Shown piece after piece: positions 43,643 to 56,933 of a DNA stretch of 64,000 nucleotides (positions are counted from its first letter, which is position 1; the number at the start of each line of letters is the position of its first letter). Location of the stretch: assembly GCF_009914755.1 (NCBI RefSeq), contig NC_060947.1, one strand, 5' to 3'. The translations under genes and the position numbers were made by a program. Source of the DNA: the human T2T-CHM13v2.0 reference genome, Homo sapiens. Under the pieces are notes generated by a model. The model saw only the letters and a list, made by a program, of their open reading frames with translations, did no database searches and was not told the DNA's origin.

Positions 43643-45275
43643 TATCATTAAAATGGCCATACTACCCAAAGCAATTTACAGATTCAATGCAATTCCCATC
43701 AAACTACCAATGACATTCTTCACAGAACTAGAAAAAAAATTTTTTTAAATTCACGTTGAACAAAAAAAGAGCCCAAATAGCCAAGGAAATCCTAAGCAAA
43801 AAGAACAAAGCTGGAGGCATCACGTTACCTGACTTCAAACTATACTACAGGGCTACAGTAACCAAAACAGCAGGGTACTGGTACAAAAGCAGGCACATAG
43901 GCCAATGGAGCAGAATAGAGAGTCCAGAAATAAGGCTGCACAACTACAGCCATCAAATCGTCGACAAAGCTGACAAAAACTAGCAATGGGGAAAAGACTC
44001 CATATTCAATAAATGGTGCCTGAATAACTGGCTAGCTATATGCAGAAGATTGAAGCTGGACCCCTTCCTTACATAATATACAAGAATTAACTCAAGATGG
44101 ATTAAAGACTTAAATGTAAAACCCAGAACTATAAAAACCCTGGAAGACAACCTAGATAACACCATCCTGGACATAGGAATGGGCAAAGATTTCATGACAA
44201 AGACACCAAAAACAATCGCAACAAAAGCAAAAATTGACAAGTGAGATCTAATTAAACTTAAGAGCTTCTGCACAACAGAAGAAACTATCAACAGAGTAAA
44301 TATACAACCTACAGAATGGGAGATAATATTTGCAAGCTATGCATCTGACAAAAGTCTAGTATCCAGAATCTATAAGAAACTTACACAAATTTACAAGAGA
44401 AAAACAAACAACCCCATTAAAAAGTAGGCAAAGAATATGAACAGACATTTTTCAAAAGAAGACATACATGCAGCCAACAAGCATATTAAAAAACTCAGTA
44501 TCACTGATCATTAGAGAAATGCAAATCAAAACCACAATAAGATACCATTTCACGCAATTCAAATGGTATTAAAAATAATGACTATCATTAAAAAGTCAAA
44601 AAATAATAGATGCTGGCAAGGTTGTGGAGAAAAGGAAACACTTATACACTGTTGGTGGGAGTGTAAATTAGTTCAACCATTGTGGAAAGCAGTATGGCAA
44701 TTCCTCAACAAGCTAAAAGCAGAGCTACCATTGGACCCAGCAATCCCATTATTGTATATACTCAGAGGAATATAAATTATTCTACCATAAAGACATATGC
44801 ACACAAATGTTCACTGCAGGATTATTCACAATAGCAAAGACATGGAATCAACCTAAATGCCCATCAATGACAGATTGGATAAAGAAAATGTGGTACATAT
44901 AGACCATGAAATACTGTGCAGCCATAAAAAAGAACAGGATCATGTCTTCTGGAGGAACATGGATGGAGCCGGAGGCCATTATCCTTAGCGAGCTAAAGCG
45001 GGAACAAAAAATCAAATAATGCAAGTTCTCAGTTATAAGTGGGAGCTAAATGATGAGAAATTATGAACACAAAGAAGGAAACAACAGACACTGAGGTCTA
45101 CTTGAGGGTGGAGTGTGGCAGGAGGGAGGGGAGCAGAAAAGATCACTATTGGGTACTGGGCTTAATAGCTGGGTGATGAAATAATCTGTACAAGAAAATC
45201 CCTTGACACAAATTTACCTATGTAACAAACCTTCACATGTACACCCAAACCTAAAATTAAAAGATTTTTAAAAAG
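43643..45275 (+). mobile_element. 5'-truncated primate L1 (older L1PA/L1PB type), ORF2 C-terminal part plus 3' UTR
   Basis: ORF track peptides [17 protein letters not shown] and HCWWECKLVQPLWK are L1 ORF2p; broken by stops. Confidence 0.95.
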
Positions 45276-45647
45276 AGAGAAATTTTAATGTATCTTACAT
45301 ATTAATTGTGTGCTTTAAAAAAATACAGACTATACAATTAAGGTTTCAGGAAAAGATAGATTGGAAGGAAATATAGCATATCATTAATAGTAGCATAATG
45401 GGTTATTTTTACTTTTTGCTTATACTTGTTATATTTTCCAGAGAAATACAATAGATATTCTAAATGTTAAAAGCATAGTGTCATACAAAATGTCTTATAG
45501 ATAGAGGCTTCCCCTGTTTCCAATGCTGACTCTGGCATTCAAAATATTTCTTATGACCCCTTCAGGAAATTATTCTCAAAGTCACAGATGATAATCATTC
45601 ATTCTCCTGACTTTATGGTTATGCCTCATTTTTTATCCCCAAATATG

Positions 45648-45835
45648 ACTGTCTTAGCCAGTTCAGGCTTCCATAACAAAATACCATAGAGTGGGTGGCT
45701 CAAACAATAGAAATTTATTTTCTCACATTTCTAGAGGCTGGAGACCTGGGATGAGGGTGCCAGTATGGTTGGACTGTGGTAAAGGCTCTCTTCTTGGTTT
45801 GTAAATGGCTGCCTTTTCACTATATTTCTACATGG

Positions 45836-45872
<37 letters not shown>

Positions 45873-46040
45873 AGAATCTTCCTCTTCTTATAAAGCTAAC
45901 AATCTTATCAGATAAGGACCCCATATTTATATTATTTAACCTTAATTACATCCTAAAAGTCCTATCTAAATAAAGTCACACTGAGGGTTAGCGCTTCAAC
46001 ATATAAATTTTGGGAGAATACAAGTCAGTCTATAGCAATG
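45648..46040 (-). mobile_element. MLT1-type MaLR LTR containing (GA)n
   Basis: ccataacaaaataccatagagtgggtggctcaaacaatagaaatttattttctcaca. Confidence 0.8.
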
Positions 46041-46758
46041 ACCCAGCTTGATGGTCCACTTTTGTTACCATATTTGCTTTTTATGACTTTTGGCTCTTCC
46101 CAAACACTAAATTCCCTCTCAAATAATGAAGATTTGTGAGGCATTTTGGAAAGAATGTGCCCAGCTACAGAGGGCCAAAGAGGAGTTCCAAGAATGTGCT
46201 AAGCCCTTGCAATAAATATGAGGTGGCAGCACAGCATGGTGGCTAAGAATGTTTGCTTTGGAGCCAGACACACCTGGGCCTAGTTCTGACTCCTCTACCA
46301 CTAGAAGAGTGATCGTGGGTAGGCTACTTAATCTCTCTGAGCCTCAGTTTCCTCAGTTGTAAAATAGAATTGTCAGAAGCCAGAAAGAAAAAGTCACATA
46401 TTATGTGATTCAATTCCTATGAACTATCCAGAATAGGCAAATCCCTACAGACTGAAAGTAAATTAGTGGTTTCCAGCAGCTGGGTGGGAGTGAATAATAA
46501 TGAGCATGGAGTTTCTTTTGGAGGTGATGAAAATATTCTGGGATTAGATGGTTGGGATAGTTGCACAACATAATGAAGATACAAAAAAACCACTGAATTG
46601 TACACTTTAAAAGGATGAATTTGATTAATTTACTGTTATGTGAACTGTATGTCTATCTCAAAAGGGATCACAGGGAGCTTCTAGCGAGAATATTCATGTA
46701 AAGTACTTTACACAGTGTCTGACACATAGGAAGAACTCAATAAGTGTTGACTACTTCT

Positions 46759-46888
46759 AGGTGACCATATAATTTATGAACCTAACCTGGACACTTTAGA
46801 GGATAACAAGGGGCACTTGTAATAAGGATATTATCACAACAGGCATAAACCAGGCCTGTCTTGGACAAATCCTGGTGTGTGGTCACCT
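46759..46888. mobile_element. MER94-like hAT-Blackjack MITE
   Basis: Terminal inverted repeats aggtgacca...tggtcacct. Confidence 0.7.
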
Positions 46889-46889
46889 G

Positions 46890-47248
46890 GTGTTATGGTT
46901 TGGTTCTGTGTCCCCACCCAAATCTCATCTTGAATTATAATAATCCCCATGTGTCAAGGGCGGGACCAGATGAAGGTAATTGGATCATGGGCGAGGTTTC
47001 CCCCATACTGTTCTCATGATAGTGAGCGAGTCTCACAAGATCTGATGGTTTTATAAGTGCCTGGCATTTCCCCTGCTTGCACTCATTCTCTCTCCTGTAG
47101 CCCTGTGAAGAGGTGCCCGTCCGCCATGATTGTAAGTTTCCTGAGGCCTTCCCAGCCATGCGGAACTGTGAATCATTAAAGCTCTTTAAACAAATGTAAA
47201 TTGCCCAGCCTCGGGTATTTCTTCATAGCAGTGTGAGAACAGGCTACA
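46890..47248 (+). mobile_element. THE1/MSTA-type MaLR solo LTR
   Basis: tgttatggtttggttctgtgtccccacccaaatctcatcttgaatt...ccatgattgtaagtttcctgaggcc. Confidence 0.9.
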
Positions 47249-48304
47249 CCTAGCTATTAGCATTTGCACCATCTGAGGGGTCTATTTTGACAAGGGCAAT
47301 ATTTATTTGAATATTCAAGATCTGCAATATTTAGAATCACACACATAACTATTGGTTTTCTCTCAGATAAACCAGTATCAGCTGATCATCTCTCCAGGTG
47401 GCAAGTAAATGAATTACCTTTTGGTCATTTTAACCCTCTGATTCCACATTTTCATAGGTAAGTCTCAGCCATAACAGCCATACACAAAAACAGAGACAGA
47501 GAACTGTTTCATCAGTCTTAACCTTCTCCTTAATAAACACTTTAAAAGTCAACGCCTCATCTCTCCTTTAGTATGCTTTTTACTCTATTGTTTATTGTAT
47601 TTTTCGAGCTCTTTTGTTTTCCTGTTTGTAATTTTTATCTGCCCAAACTCTGGGCTTAATTTTCATGTGCCTGCCCTTTCCTTTCCTTTTTGTGTATGCC
47701 ATTACCCTTTTGTGATCCTTTCTACTGTCCCTTCAATTCAACACAGATTATTGAGCACCTGCTCTGTGCCACATACTCTCCTCGGCTCCAGGGACACTGA
47801 GATGAACAAGACACAGGCATTACCACCAAGGAACACATAGGCTGGCAGAGAAGACAGGCACATCCATGGTTAATCACAGCAGTTTGAGCTAAGTGATTTT
47901 GTGGAGGGATGTATGCAGGGGGTAATGTGAGATCACCTAACCCATAAAGATGGGTGAGGGCGTAGTAGAAAGGATTCCTAACAGATGGGACATCTAAGCT
48001 GAGGTGTGAAGCAAGAATTGGAGTTAGCCAGCGGAAAGAAGAAGAGTGTTAGAGGCAGAAGAGATTAGAAAACCTGGTTTGAACAATGAAACTGCAAGCA
48101 GTTTGGTGTTGCTAAAGGAGAAAATGAGACCCTGGGGCTGGAAAAGTGGGCAGAAGTCATACCAAGGGGAGTTGTTGTGGCATGTGAAGCCATGTGCCTT
48201 GAAGGTGAGGTACAGGGTGGGGTTAGGAGTAGCTGGATGATATTCAGCAGGGACTTGACAAGGTCAGAGTTGTGTCTTAGAGACAGCAGCCTAAAAGTAG
48301 TTAG

Positions 48305-48465
48305 GGCACTGCTGCCCAAGCTGTAAAGTGCATATGAATCACCTGGGGATCTTGTTAAAATGCAGGTTCAGATTCTATAGATATGTGGTGAGGCCTGAGA
48401 ATATACTTTTCTAACAAGCTACCAGGTGAGACCGATGCTGCTGGTCTGTGGGCTACACTTTGAGG
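48305..48465. mobile_element. MER5A MITE within L2 sequence
   Basis: gaatcacctggggatcttgttaaaatgcag...ttctaacaagct...gatgctgctggtc. Confidence 0.8.
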
Positions 48466-49135
48466 AATGATGGTTTAAGGGATAGGTGGAGGAGGGGGTA
48501 AAACAGGTGACAGGTAGTCAGGTTGGGGCTGCTATAATTCAGGTGAGAGAAGATGGTAGCCTGGATTAAGACAGTGGTAGTGAGAATACAAAGAGGTAAA
48601 GATAGGAGAGATGGCTCTGTAATAGGTGCAGTTGGACTTGGGGAGGTTAAGAGAGAGAGAGTGTCCTAGAGATTCCTGGTATTCTCTTTGCAGGTCTTAC
48701 AGGCTTGCTCCCCTTTTGCCTTCTGCTGGGATAAGGGTTTGCGTCCATCATCGCTGAGTTTAGGCTTCATTTTACCGTCTTTCATTCACCTTTATGCATC
48801 ACTTTGCTCATCCTTGACATTTGTTTCTTTACCAATTGGCCCACAGACCACATGCACAACAAGGGGCTACCCAAGCAGCTTGCCTCACTTACTCTCCATC
48901 CCTTGTTACTGAATTCTCCCCACACCAACCTATCTGAGAGTGGGGATGCTCAGAACATTCCTCACCAATGTGTGCACATATTTGAACCCCTCCTTCAACA
49001 CTCCGTAGCCTTTGCACAGGTCTGAAAAGAAAATCATGGCTTCTCATATCAAAAGCTTTCTGCTGGCATTAACTTATGAAATCTCCTTCTGACAACCTAT
49101 TTTGTTCACCAGTTCCTTTTAAAGTCACCCACCTG

Positions 49136-49420
49136 GGCCACGCACAGTGGCTCATGTCTGTGATCTTAGAGCTTTGGAAGGCCAAGGCAAGAGAACTGCT
49201 TGAGGCCAGGAGTTCAAGAGCAGCCTGGGCAACATACTGAGACCCTGTCTCTATAAAAATTAAACAATTAGCTGGACATGGTGGTGCATCCCTGTAGTCC
49301 CAGTGACTCAGGAGGCTGAGGTGGGAGCCCAGGAGTTCAACTGCAATGAAATATGATCACATCACTGTACTCCAGCCTGGCCAACAAAGCAAGATTCTGT
49401 CTCAAATAAAAAGAAAAATA
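49136..49420 (+). mobile_element. Alu (AluJ-like)
   Basis: Diverged Alu consensus. Confidence 0.9.
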
Positions 49421-49454
49421 AATATAAAAATTTAAGTCCAGCACCTGGCATTTT

Positions 49455-49670
49455 CTTTTTTTAATTTTTTAATTTTGTTTTTAAATTTTTTATCTATTTA
49501 TTTACTTATTTTGAGACTGAGTTATAAGACTGGCTAATTTTTGTATTTTTGGTAGAGATGAGCTTTCACCATGTTGCCCAGGCTGGTCTAGAACTCCTGA
49601 GTTCAAGCAATCCACCTGCTTCAGCTTCCCAAAGTGCTGGGACTATAGGCATGAGCCAGTGTGTCTGGCC
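49455..49670 (-). mobile_element. Partial antisense Alu (left-arm/FLAM-like)
   Basis: ggctaatttttgtatttt...cccaaagtgctggga. Confidence 0.85.
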
Positions 49671-51869
49671 AACCATCTGGTATTTTTCTTCTGGTCTTTT
49701 GGTGAACCTCAGAGCTTCTCCATGTATTATCCCTTTTGTAACTTACCCCAATCACCCACTCTGGCACTGGCCCAGAACCAGTTCCATCTATAATAGTATA
49801 AGCACATTGTCATTCAGCATATTTGTGGGGACAACTGTGAACTAGTTCCTTCTGGCTAATTTCCATCAGTCTTTTACTCTTCAAATCCTGAACTCCGAAT
49901 AGCATTTTGGAAGCCAGAACCAAGCAGAACACTCCAGTGAGAGGATTGGACTTGTGTTAATTAGAACAGGAAGTATGGAGATAGTTCTGCATTTTGACAC
50001 CATTTAGTGCAATTCTAGGCTAAGCATGTTTTCAGTTATGCTGATTTAATTTTAGCCATCTGGTGAAATCTTGGTCTGCACTCCTTCACCTCGACTGAGC
50101 TCTGTTTATAAACATCAATAGGTGTGCACCTTATTTACAGAGAGCTTAAACCCCTCTGAAGGTAAGCCTTTTTCTGCAGGCTACATCCAGGAATCTCAGA
50201 ACTTCTTGAGGAATAAACCCTAGGAGGGATTCTTTTTAAAGACTGTTTTACTTTTCGGTAAAAATGCAAATGTTCTGACATTTTTTTAAAAGGCTCATAT
50301 TTTACACCTATACCAATATAGGCAGCTGCAACAAGTTTTCTAGGAAATAAGCTGAACATAATTTGAAAGTTTGCACTCAGTAAATCACCTAGGGAACGAG
50401 GAAAGGGAGCTCCTTCAGGGCAGAGGCAGAAGAAATTCATTGACCAAACTGTAACCCTTCCTGGGGTTTTAACTCCTGGTAAAAGGAAAACTGCTAAGAG
50501 TGGTGAGAGGCTAATTACCAGGTAGCAGCGGTTCCTTCTAAAATGGAGTTCTCTGCAGGCAGTCTAACCTTTTAGCATCTGGTGGAGAGCAAGGTGCAGT
50601 TAGACACATCAAAGAACAAAGAATAAGTAGGAAGGAACCAAGGCCCTTTCCCTAGAGCCCACAGGACTCAGCAATAAACCCTGGAGGGAAGCACAGTTTG
50701 ACTGGGTACTTAAGGTTTCCTGGTGGGGGTAAGCAGAGAGAACAAGCCTTTTAGATGCTTGTGCACGTGTGAAATTCGCACCAAATTACAACTGGTTTTT
50801 ATTTTATTTCTGAAAACATAAAGCAGTTCAAAGTGCTGCATGTGTGAAAGATGGAAGGCTTAACGTTTCTTAGGATTAACTGCCCAGAAAGATTTCCGGC
50901 CCACGTGACTATCCTGGGGGGTCCTGGAGAATCAAGCTGAACAGCTGCCTGACCACCACCCCCTATATCCACAGCCATGTTGATGCCAACCAAACCAAGC
51001 TAGGAAGAGAACTCTGGAATCAGATAGCTAGTCCGGTACCTGATAGATGATACCTTCTGTCAGACACCTTTTCAAAGCTACAAGGAAGTGATTATATATA
51101 ATTGCCTGAGGCCTTATGCAGGCCTGACAATGACCTGGACAGGTTGCATCTGATTCACATTCTTTGGTGAAGTAACTGGATGGAGTCTAAGAGACTCTCA
51201 CTGCTCAGCGTTAACCTTCACACTAAGGGGGGCAGGGGTGAAGAAAAAGATTACCAGTAAGATTATCAGCCTAATAGCAATCTTGTCCCCACTCCTGGGA
51301 CATTGAAATTATCATGCCTAAATTGGAAAGACTGTTGAAAAGTGACAGTGTAATAATAGCATTCTTAAGACAGTGCTCCCAAGTCTTATAGAAATTACTA
51401 GCTACTCTGGGTAATTAAAACAATTATAATTGTTTGTCTCCACATAACACTTTAACATTAAATCCATGTGGTGTGCATGATACACAACCAAATTCTAAAT
51501 GGTACTTGGAATTATATTTTAACGTGAAATTGATTCTGTATATACCTAGCAATATGAGATACCCAGGACAAAACAGACCATTAGATATCATGTACTCCAA
51601 GCCCATCATTTTACAAGTGGGGAGATTTAGATCCAGAGCAGGTAAGAGACTTGCCTAGGATCTTTCAGCAGGTTAATGGCAGACCTGGGAGTGGAACCCA
51701 GGTCTTCTGGCCTCCAGCAATGGGCTCATTTCATTATGCCAGGCTCTCCTTAAATGTAAAGAGAAAACTATTATCTAGGTGGATGAATGATAAGAGAGAG
51801 ATAAACAGCTAGAACTTGTTTTTTTCATTCATTTCTTCCTGTCATAGTCACTCTGTTTACCTCACTTTA

Positions 51870-52203
51870 CATTTTTTAATTTACGTGGGTACATAGTAGT
51901 CGTATATATTTATGGGGTACAGGAGATGTTTTGATACAAGCATGCAATGTGAAATAAGCACATCATGGACAATAGGGTATCCATCCCCTCAAGCATTTAT
52001 CCTTTGAGTTACAAACAATCCAATTACACTCTTTTAGTTATTTTAAAATGTACAATTAAGTTATTATTGACTATAGTCACCTTGTTGTGCTATCAAATAG
52101 CAGGTTTTATTCATTCTTCTATTTTTTTTTCTACTGATTAAACATCCCCACCTCCCCCCAAGTCTCCAACCCCCCACTACTCTTCCTAGCCTCTGGTAAC
52201 CAT
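51870..52203 (-). mobile_element. L1MA-type LINE-1 3' end fragment
   Basis: Same family motifs as 1195-1572. Confidence 0.85.
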
Positions 52204-54779
52204 GTTACCTGACTTTATTATCTTTTCTCACCTTTGGACTCTATCCTTGACTCACTTTTCCCACCTTCTGCTTATGACTTCAATGTTTCACCTTCTCCTT
52301 TAGCCTCCCTTTTCTCACTTGCTCCCCGAGTCTGTCTCTTTTGTTCCTAGAATCAGTTTTACTCCATTTAGAAACAGTGCTCACTATGTTGCCCAGCAGG
52401 GCTGTGAGCAGGTTGGAAGCCATGCTGTTCTGACAGGTTGTGAATTTCACAGAAACCCTATAAAGAAGTCATCAAGGTATAATGCCTTATAAAACATCTA
52501 CTTACTAAGAGGCCATGAAAGCCAGCATATTAGGGTTACTGTGGGGAATCTGCATTGACTGAACAGAAAACCTTTTTAAATATATTCAGGAAACTATTCC
52601 AAACTAAATGGAATGGGGAGGCACATGTGGAATTTAGGGGTCCATTAAAGAAGTAGAATTTCAATGTATAAAATGCACACCAAAATGTTAAAATCTTGGT
52701 GGTAGGATTATACTTGAAATTTATTTTCTTCATTTGTTTACCGAATTTTCTCATCTATTTATAATGAACTTAGGTTCTATTGTTTTTGAAGCTGGATATA
52801 AAATTTTAAATTAAAAATATACAACCTCTATAGGATTCAAACTGATTAGCAAAAATGAGATGTCATGTGAGCTATCACTCAAGCTGATCTCCCTGTCCAG
52901 GAGTGTCTCATTTCCCATCCTTTCCACATCTCCACATTAGCCAGGTGTGCTTGCTTGTTGACACCTGTGGACTACACTAAGGGACCAGTTCTGCCCTACA
53001 GCAGGAAACATACAAGAGGCCCCTGCCTCAGTCTTGACTTGGCTTCTTGCCAAGCTCCACCTTTGCAGCAGTCACTTAGGACCTGTTATTTCACTCTTCT
53101 TTTTCTACCCACACATCTATCCAAGTTCCTAACCCTGATGTTCACCTAGTCTCTTCACTTGGGTTCCTGCTGTTTGATACTAACTTGGACTTACAATGGC
53201 AACCAGCTAGATTCCACTTAGGTCTGCTCTCTCCTTGACCGATCACCACATATGTCGTGCACACTGTAGGTGATTCTCAAAGATTTGTTGAACTTAACTC
53301 CTGGGACTGCTTACAGCTCAGCAGTGTAACTTAACTCCGGGGCCTGCTTACAGCTTTCTGCCCCTTTTCTTTTAGCCTACACCAGCCTGTAGTCATCCCA
53401 GTCCTAAGTGCTAACTCACACTTGTGAGCCTTGGAGTGACTTGAACTTGTAAGCCTAGTGATTGCAGATTCTTCTCAGTCTGGATTAGTCTGGGGCTGGC
53501 CCCAGATTTAAGGACCTCTGCCATCCTTTCTCCTCAAGGCTATTTAAATATGGTGGCTCTATTTTTAGGGTATGCAGCATAACTCAAAACAGTTGTCTGG
53601 AATTCTCTAATTGTACCCAGGTACAAGTACAGCCAAACCCAGGACATTTTTAATTTCATGCATTTCTTTTAAGTACTACACATCTAAAAGACTAATGTAC
53701 AAGAGAGAAAGAGAAAGCATGGTTTAACTTTCTAAATGTAAAATTGTGGGAAACCTGAGAAGGGAGTAGTGGTAGGATTTGTAACTTATTAGCAATCTTT
53801 AATGGGAAACTACATCCCAAGGGATACTAACCTTTGTGTCTTAAAATTAGTTGTACACTCCCAATGCAAGATCTTCCAATATTTTTCTCCTTTAATTGCT
53901 TAGGTGGAATTATTTGTACAGAAGGATCTGGTTAAGCTGACTCATTGCTATTTAAAAATCAAAACCAAAGATATTCTTCCCTTCTCAATGTCGAATTTGA
54001 CATTTGCTTTTCTCAACTTAGGAGGCTCTAGTCCACATTCCTCCAAATGCAGAAATGAATAAACAGGTTCACGGTGGCTTCCACAGAGAAACCTGAGGAG
54101 TCTTTGTAGATTCCTAGGAATAGAGATGACCTCTCATTTGTTATACTTTGGGGAAGTCTGAGGCAGGGCGTTTCTCATTTCTTCTGGCAACCCCATTTCG
54201 AATAGTCAGTGAGGGCATACTGTGACCACACAGTTTCACATGTGTGCAGGGCTGGTCCAGGAAAAAAATTATTACTCTAACACATGAAATGTTTGCACCA
54301 CACCCCTCCCGACTTAACACTTAACTTCCTAGAATGTTTTATCGACTGACATTATATCAGCTAACTCATTGGAGCAAGGATTAGCTGCCTAGCAGCTGAG
54401 AGCAAGAACAGAATCCACTCTTACATTGATTTAACAGATATTTACTAAGCATCTATTATGTTTCAGAGTAAGCAGTAACTATTCAACAACTATTGCTTGC
54501 CTTCTCAAAGTTAAAGGAACTTACTGCATCCTTTTGGCCTCATAACCCCACCCACTGAGCTCCAAAGAATGACCTTTCTTTCTGGCCTCATGATTCTCAG
54601 ATGCCACGTATTTTTCTAACCTTGTCCATTTCTCTGAACCGTTTCCATTTTCCATTTGTACATGAAAGCTCTCTCAGAGCTCTTACAAGGCCCACTTCAC
54701 CAGCAACTGCTGACCCTGTTTTTTACTCAACCACTCCCAACACAAATAAGAGCCGTTTAAGATATAACATGCTGAGATA

Positions 54780-55097
54780 CAGCAAACTAACACAGGAACA
54801 GAAAACCAAACACCGCATGTTCTCACTCATAAGTGGGAGCTGAACAATGAGAACACATGGACACAGGGAGAGGAACAACACACACTGGGGCCCGTCAGGG
54901 TTGGGGCCGGCGGAGGGAGAGCATCAGGATGAATTGTTAATGCATGTGGGGCTTAATACGTAGGTGATGGGTTGATGGGTGCAGTAAACCACCATGGCAC
55001 ACGTTTACCTATGTCACAAACCTGTCCGTTCTGCACATGTATCCCAGAACTTAAAATAAAATGAAATCTAAAAATACAATAAAATAAATAAAATAAA
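54780..55097 (+). mobile_element. 5'-truncated L1PA 3' end with TSD atgctgagata
   Basis: cagaaaaccaaacaccgcatgttctcactcataagtgggagc...; TSD at 54769-54779 and 55098-55108. Confidence 0.92.
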
Positions 55098-56528
55098 ATG
55101 CTGAGATAACTGCAACATGGTGGTTCTTGAAGGACTAGCTTCAAAGAGTGGATGGAGTGGTCAAGTGCATGGGCTCTTAATCCAGCTTGCCCCTGTTCAA
55201 ATCCTGTTTGCACCACTCACTGTTCTGTGACTTTGGGAAAGTTACTTCACCTCTTTCCAGTTAGCACATCTGTCAAATGGGAATATTGGTAGCACCTACT
55301 TCATTGAGGATTTCAATGAGCTGATACATGTAAAATATTTAGACTAGTGTCTGGCACATAATAAACATTCTGTTGATATATATTAGCTATTACCATTACT
55401 ATTTAGGTTGGAAAAGAGTAATAATTGTAGGCTAGTAGGGAATGGGGTTGATATTTTGGAGCAAGTGCCTAGAACCTATACATATCACATAATGTGGCTA
55501 TGAGCATCTGGGAAAGTGTGGCCCTGCCGTCATGAGAAGAACCCCCTCTTTTGATTGCTTATGCAGGTAGTGGATCATGTACAGCAACTGTTTTTATTTA
55601 TTATTTTTAATGGATGAATAAAAATTATATGTATTTATCATGTACAACATGATGTTTTAAAATATGCAGATTATGCAATGGCTAAATCGAGGTAACGTGC
55701 TTTACCTCACATACTTATCATTGGAACTGTGTTTTCAATGAAGATTCTTTTATTGTTTTCTCTTTTTTTGTTTGTTTTTTTGGCCTCATTCCAAAAGCAA
55801 TATATGCTTATTTAAAAAGCAGGGAACAAAAGAAACAGAAAAGCAAGAAGAAATAAGGTACTCCTAATCCCACCTATCAAGAGACAGCCAATCTAAGGAT
55901 CACAGAGTAAAGCTCAATGCATGTGATGTAATAACACCTTTTGGTGACCAACTTTTTTAAAAAAATGTAGTATTATATTGTGAATATCATCATTAGTTAC
56001 TGTTATATGAAACTACCTTGTTGGACATGTAAGTTGTTTTCTCCCTTGAGCTATTGCAAACAACACTAAAATAAACATCTTAGTACACAAAGATGTACAT
56101 GTATCTTTACATAAAATTTTATTTCCTTAGGATACATTTTTCCAGAAACTGAATTTTCCCAGCTTATTTGGGGTACATTTTTGGTTGTCTTATTTTTGCT
56201 TGAGACTTTGAATTAAATACTAAAATGTCTAATAATTTTTTGTGTAAAACTTTAATTAAATACGGAAATATGAATACAAATTATGGGAAGGAATCGTGGC
56301 AGTGGTAGTTCTTGCTTGGTAAAGTAGTGAAAGAATTATATGAACCCAAACTGTGCATCAGAATTCCAGAGGCAGCAAACCATAGGGGAGAGAGTTGGGG
56401 ATTGGAATGAACGCATCTACTTTTAATTCCTGACTCAAGTACTTACTTGCAGTTGTATGACCTTGAGCTCATATTTAACCTTGCTGAACCTTGATTTCTT
56501 TATTTGAAAAATCTTTTTTATGACTTTG

Positions 56529-56933
56529 TGTTGCAGAATTTTGCTCCTTAGTTCAGCTAAAACCAGGTTCTTGTCACACGACCAGGAAAATTTAGGCACG
56601 CAGACGCATTGAAGAGTGAGTAGGGCAGGATTTTATTGGGCAAAAAAGGGAAAAAAGAAAAAAAAAAACTCAGCAAAGGGAGATGGAGCTCTTGCTAATA
56701 GGTCCCTGACCTCACAGATTGAATCCCAGGCCACCACACAGGAACTGGAGGCCAAGCTCCTCCCCCTGCCCATGGCTCCACCCTGTTCTCCCAGTGCGCA
56801 TGTGGGCATGCTCAGACAAGGCACTGGGCAGGTTCCCCCATCTGCACAAAAGCATCTGATGTAAACACTTGTGGAGTGGGCCAGAGATTCTCTGGGGACC
56901 CCTTTTTATCTGCCTGGGCATTTAGCTGTCTCA
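56529..56933 (-). mobile_element. ERV1-class solo LTR (~405 bp; MER48-like, subfamily uncertain)
   Basis: TG...CA termini; ctccttagttcagctaaaaccaggttcttgtcacacgacc motif; AATAAA on the - strand. Confidence 0.7.

Noticed and set aside
43756-44775. ORFs resembling LINE-1 ORF2p
   Set aside because: Fragments of a 5'-truncated L1 with in-frame stops, so not an active element or a separate gene.
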